Shown: positions 55,272 to 64,000, counted from the first letter of the stretch. The stretch is DNA of 64,000 nucleotides from Candidatus Methylomirabilota bacterium (GCA_019456075.1 VRUN01000003.1:1794-65793), one strand, 5' to 3'. The notes: generated from the sequence alone by a model not told the origin. A program made the numbers and translations.

Positions 55272-56458
55272 CGGTTCCTCTCCCCTGACTCCGAGGACAG
55301 GAGGCTGGCCCGGACGATCCCGGCCTCCCCGAACCGGCGCCGAATCTCATCCACCGCCTCAGCAGCCTTCTCTTTTCGCGGATCCGCTGGAAAGAGTGGG
55401 ATCTGACCGGGAGAAGTCTTGGATGTGAGTTTAGAGAGGGCGATTCCGAGGAGGCGTACTCGACGTCCATGCAAGGGGATCTTCTGGAAAAGGGCCAGGG
55501 CCTTCGCATGGATCTCTTCGGTGAGGGCGATAGGCTCTGCTACGGTCAAAGAACGGGTCAAGGTCGTGAAGTCGGCAAAGCGGAGCTTCAGGGTGATCGT
55601 AGAACCCGCCGTGTCCTCCCGCCGGAGGCGAGCCGATACGCGCTCCGCCAACCGGAGAAGGGTCTGCCGGATTTGGCGGAGATCATCGAGATCGATGGAA
55701 AAGGTCGTCTCGGCCCCTATCGATTTGGCCATCGCCTCCGGGATCACGGGGCGGTCATCGACTCCACGGCTGAGAAGGCAAAGGTGCCCTCCGACCATGC
55801 CCAGGCGCCTTGAGACCGCTTCTTCCGGCCAGCGGGCCAGCTCGCCGAGGGTCTTGATGCCCAGCGCCCGTAGGGTCGCTGCGGTTTTCTTACCGACCCC
55901 CCACAGATGTTCGACGGAAAGGTCCTGGAGAAACGTCTTGACCTCCTCCGACCGCACAATGACGAATCCATCCGGTTTCTTGAAATCGGAAGCGATTTTC
56001 GCGATAAATTTATTCGGGGCCACGCCCACCGAGGCGGTGAGCCGCTCTTCCCGCCAGATCTCCGCCTTGATTTGTCTGCCAATCTCTGTCGGTTCCCCAA
56101 AAAGGCGGGCACTCCCGGTGACATCCAGAAACGCCTCATCGATGGACAGCGGCTCTACGCGATCGGTGTAGCGACGTAAGATCCCAAAGATCCCCTCAGA
56201 CACTTCTTCGTACCGGTTCATTCGTACCGGCAGGAAGATGGCGTGAGCGCACAGACGATAGGCTCGGGAGATGGGCATGGCGGAGTGGACCCCAAAGGCC
56301 CGGGCCTCATAAGAGCAGGCCGCCACGACCCCTCTTCCCTTTCCCTTCTTGGGATCCGCCCCGACGATCACCGGCCGTCCCTCGTAGGCCGGATGATCCC
56401 GCTGCTCCACCGCGGCGTAGAAAGCATCCATGTCCACGTGAATGATCGCGCGCGTCAT
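55268..56458 (-). CDS. dinB: DNA polymerase IV (Y family)
   Basis: IIHVDMDAFYAAVEQRD, SIDEAFLDVT and the little-finger domain. Confidence 0.94.
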   Translation of the reverse strand: MTRAIIHVDMDAFYAAVEQRDHPAYEGRPVIVGADPKKGKGRGVVAACSYEARAFGVHSAMPISRAYRLCAHAIFLPVRMNRYEEVSEGIFGILRRYTDRVEPLSIDEAFLDVTGSARLFGEPTEIGRQIKAEIWREERLTASVGVAPNKFIAKIASDFKKPDGFVIVRSEEVKTFLQDLSVEHLWGVGKKTAATLRALGIKTLGELARWPEEAVSRRLGMVGGHLCLLSRGVDDRPVIPEAMAKSIGAETTFSIDLDDLRQIRQTLLRLAERVSARLRREDTAGSTITLKLRFADFTTLTRSLTVAEPIALTEEIHAKALALFQKIPLHGRRVRLLGIALSKLTSKTSPGQIPLFPADPRKEKAAEAVDEIRRRFGEAGIVRASLLSSESGERNR

Positions 56459-56531
56459 CGCCCCACCCTTCCAGGCTTCCCGTACTTATCCGAGGGAGCC
56501 CCAGAACACCGACACCCCCATCCGGGGTTCC

Positions 56532-57050
56532 CTAACTTAGAAGCGTCCCCCACATGCGTTGCAGCCTTGGATTTCGCAAACGCTTCAAGTCGGCTCGAAC
56601 ATATCCCAGGCCAAAGACGCACAGCCCGAAATCTTCGGAGAGCTTCCGGAACAGGGGGACCTCTCCCGCGTGACCCCCATATGAGAATTCCGATGCGATC
56701 CGGTAGGAGCGTTTCCCGGTCTCGACGTAATCCAGCAGAGCATCGGGGCTCGCCAAGACGCGCTGCCGCTTGATCCGCCGGACACACTCCGGGAAGAGCC
56801 CAGTCATGAAAAGGGTGTAGTCGCCAATGTGTTTGTGCACTTGTCGCTGTCGCTCCAGCGAGGGGGTGCGAGACACAAGATCCCCCTCCATAAGCATCTC
56901 AACGACATCCTCGACCCGCCGACCCTGGGCGTTGCGGATTTTGTACACGTGATCGATGTGGGTGAAGTCGATGAGAAGCTCGCCCAGGTAACGGATCACC
57001 GCGCGACCTGGCCACCCAATCCCCTCGAGAAAGCACCGCTCCGTCACCAC
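56532..57050 (-). CDS. Hypothetical protein
   Basis: 172-aa ORF with protein-like composition and no motif I recognise. GTG start without an obvious RBS. Confidence 0.5.
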   Translation of the reverse strand: MVTERCFLEGIGWPGRAVIRYLGELLIDFTHIDHVYKIRNAQGRRVEDVVEMLMEGDLVSRTPSLERQRQVHKHIGDYTLFMTGLFPECVRRIKRQRVLASPDALLDYVETGKRSYRIASEFSYGGHAGEVPLFRKLSEDFGLCVFGLGYVRADLKRLRNPRLQRMWGTLLS

Positions 57051-57138
57051 GGCAAAGAGGGTGACGAAGGGGATGCTGCGCCGGCATTGTTCTTCGCATA
57101 TCCTCTCCTGCTAACCGGATGACCTCGAGGACAGCCAG

Positions 57139-57147
57139 ATTATAGCA
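57139..57147 (-). promoter_or_regulatory. Extended -10 promoter candidate
   Basis: The minus strand reads TGCTATAAT, about 90 nt upstream of the hypothetical gene and just after the HEAT-repeat gene stop. Confidence 0.3.
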
Positions 57148-57175
57148 AAGCCGAGCCGGATGTGGCCACGGCCGC

Positions 57176-58552
57176 TCACCCCTGGACCCCGGTGCGCTGT
57201 CGCAGGAGTTGGTTGAGGGCCCACACGGCGTGGATCCGGACTGCGCGTTCCCGATCCCCGAGCGCGGATCGCAGGACAGGAGAGGCCTCCATGTCTCCAA
57301 TTTCCCCCAGGGTCCAGGCAGCCCGAAGGCGGATGTACGGATCGGCATCCTGAAGGAGTCCCCCGATATGGCGGATACCTGAGGGATCGTCTAATCTGCC
57401 CAAGATCCACGCGGCATAGAGCCGGACCTCTTTTGCCATCGTTGGATCCGCCACGACCTGGTGGAGGAACGGACGGGGGGTCGCGTCCCCGAGATTGGCG
57501 AGCGCCTCAGCGGCGAAAAGGCGGAGCGACAGGGACGGGTGTTCGAGGGCCCGGCGCAAAACCGTCTGCCCCGCTGTTTCCCCTAATTGGACGAGGGCTT
57601 GTGCGGCATACAGCCGAACATAATTATCGGAATCGCTGAGAGCCGCCAGGAGGGCCGGAGCGGCCTCCCGCATTTCCAGATTTCCTAGCACCTCAGCCGC
57701 CTGCATGCGCATCGAGGCCTGCTGAGACCTGAGAGCCTCCAGCAGGACAGGGGTGGCCCGTGGGTCTCCTAATCTGGCCAAACCCTCGGCGGCCGCTACC
57801 CGGACCATCTCCTGATCGTCCTCGAGAAGGGGGTGGAGACTGGCTCTTGCGACATCGCCTCCGAGTCGACCTAATCCCCTGGCCGCCTCAGCGCGGATAT
57901 AGGGATCCGAATCTTCGATAAGCGCGGTGAAAAGGGGGAGGGTCGGGCCCACATCGAGTCGGCTCAGGGCGTGGACAGCTATGCTCCGCCCCGCCGGATC
58001 GCCCGTCAAGGCCAGCTCAAATAGAAGAGGAAAGACGGCAGGATTTCCAACGTGAGCCACTAACGGAGCGGCCCGAAGACGGTAGGCCCCTCCCGATTCA
58101 ACCTCTTCCTGAAGGTACGCGTTCAGGATATGGCCCAAGAGTTCGGGATGGGGATTGTCGTCGATCTTCCACAGCGCTTGATATTCCCGGAGGGCTTCGT
58201 CCACCTCCCCAGCTTGGACGAGAAGAATCCCTTTGAGGAGTCGAGCGGCACTATCTTGTGGAGCGTAGTTCAGATGCTGCTCTAGGAGAGCCAAGCCTGA
58301 CTCAGAGGCTCTTTCCTGGATCCACTCCGCCACCCGAGACGTGGAGTCTTTTGGCTCCCAGGAGCACCCCCCCACCAGCAAGAGGGCAAGCACCAACGGC
58401 AGTCGGCAAACTTCGGCGAACTCCCTTCGGGTCTGAGCCTCCCCTCGATCTTCCTCGGGGTGGTGAGCCTGTCGAACCACAGGGTCGAAGACAGTCGAGC
58501 CGTCAGTAATCAACCTCCGGCACCGAAATCCCATGCCCCACCCTCGCACCAT
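57176..58552 (-). CDS. HEAT/PBS-lyase-like repeat protein, probably lipoprotein
   Basis: Multiple repeats of the type D..VR..AA.ALG.LGD..A...L. Lipobox-like LLLVGGC near residue 60. The start is uncertain. Confidence 0.75.
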   Translation of the reverse strand: MVRGWGMGFRCRRLITDGSTVFDPVVRQAHHPEEDRGEAQTRREFAEVCRLPLVLALLLVGGCSWEPKDSTSRVAEWIQERASESGLALLEQHLNYAPQDSAARLLKGILLVQAGEVDEALREYQALWKIDDNPHPELLGHILNAYLQEEVESGGAYRLRAAPLVAHVGNPAVFPLLFELALTGDPAGRSIAVHALSRLDVGPTLPLFTALIEDSDPYIRAEAARGLGRLGGDVARASLHPLLEDDQEMVRVAAAEGLARLGDPRATPVLLEALRSQQASMRMQAAEVLGNLEMREAAPALLAALSDSDNYVRLYAAQALVQLGETAGQTVLRRALEHPSLSLRLFAAEALANLGDATPRPFLHQVVADPTMAKEVRLYAAWILGRLDDPSGIRHIGGLLQDADPYIRLRAAWTLGEIGDMEASPVLRSALGDRERAVRIHAVWALNQLLRQRTGVQG

Positions 58553-58568
58553 CAGCAGCCACCGGCGC

Positions 58569-58687
58569 GAGACATGAGACCGGAGACGGGAGATCGGAGA
58601 CGGGGACCACAGACCCTAGACTCCAGCCTCTAGTCTCCTGTCTCCAGTCTAGTTGCGGACAGCAGACAGCTGATTGCTGATCAGCCG
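58569..58687. repeat. Heptanucleotide tandem array (17 units, GAGACNN / AGTCTCC / CAGCTGA families)
   Basis: gagacat gagaccg gagacgg gagatcg gagacgg ggaccac agaccct agactcc agcctct agtctcc tgtctcc agtctag ttgcgga cagcaga cagctga ttgctga tcagccg, all in one register. The array ends at the mazG-like stop codon. Confidence 0.88.
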
Positions 58688-59098
58688 CTAAAGGTCCCAG
58701 TACTTCCGCGCGCTTCCGCGGGCCCGTGCCACCGGATACTTGCGGTCATTCTCCTCAAGCTTCTCTCGCGCGGCCTTGATCAGGTCCACCCCGAGGATGT
58801 CGGCAAGGGAGATGAGCAGAATGAGGATATCCGCCATCTCCCAGCTGACTTGACGGTGTCCCTGAGGGTCCGTCACGAGCGCCGCTACCTCCTCGGGGTT
58901 CTTCCACTGAAAGAACTCCAAGAGTTCGGCCGCCTCGAGGCTGATGGAAATGGACAAATCTTTCGGGTTGTGAAACTGCCGCCAGTCCCGCCGGTCCCGA
59001 AAGGCAAGGATCTGAAGGACCAGCTCGTCGAAGAGAGAGGATTTCGAGCGGCGGGTTCCTTTAGATGTTGGTCGAGACGAAGTCCTCCCCGGCGACAT
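58688..59098 (-). CDS. MazG-like nucleoside triphosphate pyrophosphohydrolase (small, DCTPP1-like)
   Basis: 136 aa with SLEAAELLEFFQW...EMADILILLISLADILGVDL (EExxE/ExxD metal motifs). The ATG overlaps the upstream gene by 38 nt. Confidence 0.8.
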   Translation of the reverse strand: MSPGRTSSRPTSKGTRRSKSSLFDELVLQILAFRDRRDWRQFHNPKDLSISISLEAAELLEFFQWKNPEEVAALVTDPQGHRQVSWEMADILILLISLADILGVDLIKAAREKLEENDRKYPVARARGSARKYWDL

Positions 59099-60494
59099 TC
59101 AACGCCCTCTCCGTGGCAACCGAGAGCTGCCGGTCGTAGGCATGACTCAAAGCGAAGACCCGGCAGTGGGCCACCTTGGGGGGAATGTTTTTAAACAGGT
59201 CACGCAAAGGGGAAGGAGACACCTCCCCCGTGGAGGGGTTGAAGATGTGAATCCGCTTACTCCCCTCCGCCAAGGGGTTCTCCGGCCTGGTATCCTGCGC
59301 AGCGAGATCGACTCGGAACGGAATATGTCGGAGACGCTCGGGGAGATACTTCCGGATGTCCCGTTCGAGCTCTTTCGCGTTCTGAAAGCGAAGGCCCTTT
59401 TCATACTCCTCTATGGTTACAACCCAGTCATATGCCATCTTCCACTTGACCTGTCGGTTGAGAATTTTCCGCCACTCGCGACCGAGCTTCTTTTTTTTCG
59501 CGTCTTTTAAGCGGGGCCACTTCATCACCTCTTGCAAGAGGGCCCAATCGGTCATCTCCAAATATCGGTCCAGTTCCTCCAGGGGATTCCAGGGGAAGAG
59601 CAGCTGCATCGTCTCCTCAAATATTTCCTTCATATGGAGATCGACGGCGCGATTGGTCCGATGGTAGTAGACATCGGAGTACATAGAGACCCGGGCATTA
59701 ATGAAGCGGACCAGGTTGGAGGAGCCTGCTCGATGCAGCGTCAGTCCCTTGTCGGTAAAGAAGGTGTAGAACAAGAGGCGGTCTACGTCAACCATATCCA
59801 AGGAGAACCCGGTCATATAAGCGTCCCGCTGTATGTAGTCCATGTTGTCGGCACTGTAAATTCCCGAGAAGACCGGTTGGAGGAACGTCAGCCACTCGGG
59901 TGCCCGGGTGGCCTCCCGGGGGTCCGGCTTGCGAATGAGGAAGGCAACATGGTGCGGGTCTAATGTCTCCCCCTTCTCAAAGGGTCCGGCCGGGCTTCGC
60001 CGAATTCCACGGATAATCTTACCCAGCTTCTTTTCGATGATGACCTGACCAACTCGTTCGTGATCGAGATCGTACCTGGTGAGAAAGTTCTCGTCGAAGA
60101 AGTGGCCAAACGGGCCGTGGCCGATGTCATGGAGAAGCCCGGTCACGCGGAGGAGCTCCCGGACGTACTCCCGCGAGGGACAGGCCTGCTGGCAGACTGT
60201 CTTGAGACTCGGGTAGAGTTGCTCGGCAAACCTGCCGGCCAGGTGCATAACCCCCAGGGCATGTTGAAACCGGCTGTGCTCCGCCGCCGGATAGACCCAC
60301 CAGGACCCCTGCAGCTGATGAATCATGCGGAGGCGCTGCATCCAAGGGCTATCGATCAGATCTTTCTCCGTCTGTTCTCCCTCTTTCCCCCTCCCCGGCA
60401 CGGTGAACTGGATGTAGCGGTAGAGGGGATCGGCGAGGAGGGCCACCCCCTCGTACGGATTAGCAGTGGTATGATCGTGGGGCTGAGACTTCAT
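59061..60494 (-). CDS. HD-domain dNTP triphosphohydrolase-like protein (SAMHD1/dGTPase superfamily)
   Basis: 477 aa with RFQHALGVMHLA and GLLHDIGHGPFGHFFD. The ATG overlaps the fxsA stop (ATGA). Confidence 0.8.
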   Translation of the reverse strand: MKSQPHDHTTANPYEGVALLADPLYRYIQFTVPGRGKEGEQTEKDLIDSPWMQRLRMIHQLQGSWWVYPAAEHSRFQHALGVMHLAGRFAEQLYPSLKTVCQQACPSREYVRELLRVTGLLHDIGHGPFGHFFDENFLTRYDLDHERVGQVIIEKKLGKIIRGIRRSPAGPFEKGETLDPHHVAFLIRKPDPREATRAPEWLTFLQPVFSGIYSADNMDYIQRDAYMTGFSLDMVDVDRLLFYTFFTDKGLTLHRAGSSNLVRFINARVSMYSDVYYHRTNRAVDLHMKEIFEETMQLLFPWNPLEELDRYLEMTDWALLQEVMKWPRLKDAKKKKLGREWRKILNRQVKWKMAYDWVVTIEEYEKGLRFQNAKELERDIRKYLPERLRHIPFRVDLAAQDTRPENPLAEGSKRIHIFNPSTGEVSPSPLRDLFKNIPPKVAHCRVFALSHAYDRQLSVATERALNVAGEDFVSTNI

Positions 60495-60895
60495 TCATCT
60501 CCCTCCCAGGCCACCACGTCGATACTCCCCTCTTGGATCTTCCGCTGAATGAACCCCTTGACCCACTCCACCACCCGAGAGCGGACGAATGGGAGGAGGA
60601 GAGCTAACCCGACCGCATCGGTCAGGAGTCCCGGGGTCACCAGCAGAAGCCCCCCGGCCACGACGAGCCCGCCACTCAACAGTTCATCGGCAGGCAGCTG
60701 CCCTCCCCTCAGGCGTTCTCGGATCTGGAGGACCACCCGGAATCCTTGCATGCGAGCGAGGAGTGCCCCGACGCCCCCGGTCAGGGCGATGAGAATCACC
60801 GTGGTCCCCGCGCCAAGCCGGCTGCCCACTTCGATCAAAAGGTAAAGCTCGACCAGGGGAACGACGATGAAAAGGAGGAGGAGCCGTCCGAGCAT
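60491..60895 (-). CDS. fxsA: FxsA-family membrane protein
   Basis: MLGRLLLLFIVVPLVELYLLIEVGSRLG...GLLLVTPGLLTDAVGLALLLP is the typical FxsA pattern. The ORF track's upstream extension is unlikely. Confidence 0.85.
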   Translation of the reverse strand: MLGRLLLLFIVVPLVELYLLIEVGSRLGAGTTVILIALTGGVGALLARMQGFRVVLQIRERLRGGQLPADELLSGGLVVAGGLLLVTPGLLTDAVGLALLLPFVRSRVVEWVKGFIQRKIQEGSIDVVAWEGDE

Positions 60896-61170
60896 GGATT
60901 CACCCCCAAAATGCGAAGGCATCACCGCCTCGACGGACGGTGATGCCTTGACTAGGACCAGACCCCACCATGATCCTCCCGGGACCCCCTCACGCTGGGG
61001 GCCGGTGACGGAGGGCCTCACATAGGACAATCGTCCCCATGTTTCCGCAACTATAGCACTCGAAGTCCAACAGGCCTTTCGAGGGGATGGATTGGGCACC
61101 GCATCGCGGTCTCCTTTACGTTAATCTCGTGCTTCTTATAGCACGCCCCTCGAGAGAGGTCAAGGTAGGG

Positions 61171-62076
61171 TCACGAGCGGGGGTGGAACCGTTCATGAAT
61201 CTCCCTGAGGCGGGCCCGACCGACGTGCGTGTAGATCTGCGTGGTGGAGATGTCGGCATGCCCCAGCATGAGCTGCACGGAACGAAGATCTGCCCCGTGT
61301 TCTAACAGGTGAGTCGCAAAGCAGTGACGGAGGGTGTGGGGGGTGATTCGTTTCGAGATCCCGGCCTTTCCCGCATACGATCGGACGCTCTTCCAGAACG
61401 CCTGGCGCGTCAGGCGCCGGCCTCCTCGTCCGAGAAAGAGGAAGGTGGTACTTCTGTCAGCCGTCAGGGATGGCCGGCCTCGGGTGAGATACTCCTTCAG
61501 CCACGTCAGGGCCGAAGACCCTACGGGAACCACTCGCTCCTTGTCCCCCTTTCCCAGACAACGGACGAATCCGACCGTGGGATCCAGGGCGGTCAGGGGA
61601 AGGGAGAGGAGTTCGGAGACCCGAAGGCCAGTCGCGTACAGCAGCTCGAGCATCGCTTTATCTCTGAGCCCGCGTAGCTGGGAGACATCGGGAGCCCCTA
61701 GCAAACGCTCCACCTCGTCGCCGGACAGGACGTTCGGCAATGATCGGGGAACGCGGGGAGTCCGAAGAAGGGAGGTGGGATCACTTTGGACGTAGCCCTG
61801 ACCGGCCAGGAACCGATGGAAGGTCCTGAGGGCCGAGATCGTCCTGGCGGCGGAGCGAGGGCCGAGACCAGATTCCCGGAGTCTCACGAGGAACGCCTGG
61901 AGATGCGAAAGAGATACCTTCTCTGGGGACGAAAGCCCTTGCTCTTCCAAGAAAGCGAGATACCTTCGGAGATCGCGCGAATACGCCGCCAGTGTATTAT
62001 CTGCAACTCCCCGCTCCACTGTCAGCACACTCAAGAACTCATCGAGGAGTGCGGGAAAAGGCTTCACCCTTCTCAC
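61171..62076 (-). CDS. xerD: Tyrosine site-specific recombinase XerD/XerC
   Basis: N-terminal SAM-like domain (RGVADNTLAAYSRDLRRYLAFL). C-terminal catalytic R..HxxR..Y (HTLRHCFATHLLEHGADLRSVQLMLGHADISTTQIYTHV). Confidence 0.88.
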   Translation of the reverse strand: MRRVKPFPALLDEFLSVLTVERGVADNTLAAYSRDLRRYLAFLEEQGLSSPEKVSLSHLQAFLVRLRESGLGPRSAARTISALRTFHRFLAGQGYVQSDPTSLLRTPRVPRSLPNVLSGDEVERLLGAPDVSQLRGLRDKAMLELLYATGLRVSELLSLPLTALDPTVGFVRCLGKGDKERVVPVGSSALTWLKEYLTRGRPSLTADRSTTFLFLGRGGRRLTRQAFWKSVRSYAGKAGISKRITPHTLRHCFATHLLEHGADLRSVQLMLGHADISTTQIYTHVGRARLREIHERFHPRS

Positions 62077-62513
62077 CCACGATCTACAATGAGGGTCACC
62101 GGACCATCATTTTCCAATTGGACCAGCATTCGCGCCCCAAAAATCCCCGACTGGACGGGGACCCCACGTCCGCGAAGGCCCTGGACAAACCGATCGTAAA
62201 GCGGTTCTGCCTCCGCTGATCCTGCCGCCGCCGTGAAATCGGGACGCCTCCCCTTTTCGACATCGCCGTACAGGGTAAACTGGGATACCACTAACGCCTC
62301 TTTGCCAGTCTCTAGCAAAGACCGATCCATTCGTCCCTCGCCATCCTCGAGCACCCGAAGATGGGCAATCTTCTCTGCCATCCAGTCTACATCCTCCTCT
62401 CGATCCCCCCTGGCCACCCCCAGGAAGATGATCAGGCCAGGGCCGATCTGCCCCACGGTCCGCTCCTCTACGATGACGGCAGCCCGGCGCACCCGTTGAA
62501 TGACCGCGCGCAT
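62073..62513 (-). CDS. dtd: D-aminoacyl-tRNA deacylase
   Basis: MRAVIQRV...VSQFTLYGD...GRRP...FGA.M, 146 aa. Confidence 0.93.
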   Translation of the reverse strand: MRAVIQRVRRAAVIVEERTVGQIGPGLIIFLGVARGDREEDVDWMAEKIAHLRVLEDGEGRMDRSLLETGKEALVVSQFTLYGDVEKGRRPDFTAAAGSAEAEPLYDRFVQGLRGRGVPVQSGIFGARMLVQLENDGPVTLIVDRG

Positions 62514-62528
62514 CTCCCCTTCAATGCT

Positions 62529-62675
62529 GCTATCAGCTATCAGCAGTCGGCCGTCCCCAGTCGCAAAAACGGTTCAGGGTTCAGAGTTCACGGTTCACAG
62601 GTAAGACAAATTCGAAATTCGAATTTCGACATACCGCTCGGTCATCGGTCGCCGGTCATCGGTTATCGGCCGTCA
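62529..62675. repeat. Heptanucleotide tandem array (21 units, four unit families in one register)
   Basis: gctatca x2, gcagtcg gccgtcc ccagtcg caaaaac, ggttcag x2, agttcac ggttcac, aggtaag acaaatt, cgaaatt cgaattt cgacata ccgctcg, gtcatcg gtcgccg gtcatcg gttatcg gccgtca. The array spans the whole pilD-dtd spacer. Confidence 0.9.
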
Positions 62676-63512
62676 GAGACCCCAGCGGACCAGGCGAAGG
62701 TAGCCGGCGATAAGCTCTTCCCCCCAAAAGAGGGCCAGGACCGCCCCCAGAGCGAGGAAGGGTCCGAAAGGCATCGGATCCTTCCGGCTCTTCTTTCCCG
62801 AGGCGAGGAGGACGAGGGCGATGACAGATCCCGAGAGGGTCCCGAGAAAGATGGTGAGGAGGGCGGCTCGCCACCCGAGGAGCGCACCGACCATTGCGGT
62901 AAGCTTGATGTCCCCGCCCCCCATCCCTCCCCGACTGAAAACTGCCACGAGATACAGGATTCCGCCCCCCACGAGCATCCCCAGGAGCGCGTCCAGCGGC
63001 GTGGGGGGAGAGAACGAGAGAGGGGCCCCATGATCGTTGGTCAGGAGCAACGCCGCGAGGACGCTCCACGTGAGGCCGACGGCAATCCCGGGAAGGGTAA
63101 TGACGTCAGGGACGATCTGATGCTCCAGGTCGATAAAGGTCACGATCACCAACGCCGCAACAAAGGCCCACAGGATGCCGGTGTGCCACGAGAGGCCAAA
63201 CCGAAAGATGGTCAGGGCAAAGAGAGATCCCGTGAGGAGCTCTACGACGGGGTACTGCCAGGAGATCCGGTGCCCGCAGCTCCGGCACTGCCTCCTGAGG
63301 AGGAGGAAACTGAGTACGGGGATGTTGTCGTGGGCCTTAATGCTCGTCCGGCAATTGGGACACCGGGAGCGGGGAATGACGATGCTCTCCCCTTGAGGGA
63401 GTCGATGGATGCACACGTTGCAAAAGCTGCCCACAACGAGTCCCAGCAGGAAACTGGAGGTGACCAGAAACGGATTACTCACCGACCTTGACCCCCAGCT
63501 TCTTGAGCTCAT
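62673..63512 (-). CDS. pilD: Prepilin peptidase (A24 family)
   Basis: GLVVGSFCNVCIHRLP, a Cys-rich zinc motif (CPNC...CRSC), and GGGDIKL / the second Asp region. The start may instead be GTG 63482. Confidence 0.88.
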   Translation of the reverse strand: MSSRSWGSRSVSNPFLVTSSFLLGLVVGSFCNVCIHRLPQGESIVIPRSRCPNCRTSIKAHDNIPVLSFLLLRRQCRSCGHRISWQYPVVELLTGSLFALTIFRFGLSWHTGILWAFVAALVIVTFIDLEHQIVPDVITLPGIAVGLTWSVLAALLLTNDHGAPLSFSPPTPLDALLGMLVGGGILYLVAVFSRGGMGGGDIKLTAMVGALLGWRAALLTIFLGTLSGSVIALVLLASGKKSRKDPMPFGPFLALGAVLALFWGEELIAGYLRLVRWGL

Positions 63513-63999
63513 CCCGGATCACGCCCCGGAACCACTCACTGTCCGTTGCCTCGAACAGCTCAATCCAGATTTGGATGGCCATCTCTCTCTTCCCCGTCTT
63601 GGCGTAAAGGCGAGGGACGAAGCGGGGGATGTAGCGCGGGTGTCCCGGAATATCGAGGGTAATCTTCCACCAGTAGAGGGCCTTCTCGTAGTCCTTCAGG
63701 TCGAGAAAATAGAGGCGTCCGAGATCATGGGGCATCTCCCACCGGTCGGGATTGGCGGCGTAGCCCTTCTCGTAGAGGGCGATGGCGTCATCATACCTCT
63801 TGACTACCGTGAGCAAGAGCCCACCCCACCGATAGGCGCCGATGAACTGGGGATCGAGAGAGACAGTCAGATCGAGGAGGGGATAAAGGAACTGGTATCT
63901 AGCCTCCGTTTCCCTGAATGTCCCGGCCTTCCTGGCCGCCACCCGCCTATCGAGTTCTGCCCCGAAATATTGCGTCGCCCGGATCCACATGAGATCCGC
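63475..63999 (-). CDS. TPR-repeat protein (5' end beyond window)
   Basis: The reading frame stays open to the window edge. TPR-like repeats are present (DDAIALYEKGYAANPDRWE, DYEKALYWWKITLDIPGHP). Confidence 0.6.
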   Translation of the reverse strand, partial: ADLMWIRATQYFGAELDRRVAARKAGTFRETEARYQFLYPLLDLTVSLDPQFIGAYRWGGLLLTVVKRYDDAIALYEKGYAANPDRWEMPHDLGRLYFLDLKDYEKALYWWKITLDIPGHPRYIPRFVPRLYAKTGKREMAIQIWIELFEATDSEWFRGVIRDELKKLGVKVGE

Positions 64000-64000
64000 C

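Noticed and set aside
61171-62076. The tyrosine recombinase as a marker of an integrated mobile element.
   Set aside because: The sequence pattern is that of chromosomal XerD/XerC. The neighbours are housekeeping genes (dtd, fxsA). I saw no att-like direct repeats, no adjacent tRNA and no phage or transposon genes.

Overview
A 64-kb, roughly 60% GC bacterial chromosomal segment. It is densely coding, with about 50 protein genes, nearly all on the minus strand after 6.2 kb. The housekeeping backbone includes selB (5' partial), tatA, hsp20, lon, tRNA-Sec and gatC-gatA-gatB with a GGCT-like gene inserted. It continues with pcrA/uvrD, a ClC channel, glmU-glmS, era, phoH-pgpH-ybeY, aspS, hisS, glpX and an archaeal-type FBP aldolase/phosphatase. 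The remainder covers dnaE, guaB-guaA, trpS, cca, an M23 peptidase, recD2, dinB, fxsA-HD dNTPase-mazG, xerD, dtd and pilD. I saw no rRNA, CRISPR array, transposase or prophage. Two things stand out. (1) Three c-di-GMP signalling loci hold one HD-GYP response regulator, five PilZ proteins carrying seven PilZ domains, two receiver proteins and a GAF protein. Each transcription unit is preceded by a good -24/-12 (sigma54-type) promoter match, five in total. One NtrB/NtrC-type two-component pair sits directly upstream of a tandem 22-bp palindrome-containing repeat, a sigma54 promoter and a REC-diPilZ-PilZ operon. (2) Five intergenic spacers inside operons are filled with tandem heptanucleotide arrays held in a single 7-nt register: GTTCANN, GAGACNN, GTCATCG, CGAAATT and GCTATCA families. 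Several have inverted halves. They resemble cyanobacterial STRR repeats and have no function I can assign. All protein calls come from motif recognition by eye and no database search was run. Start codons are approximate where noted.
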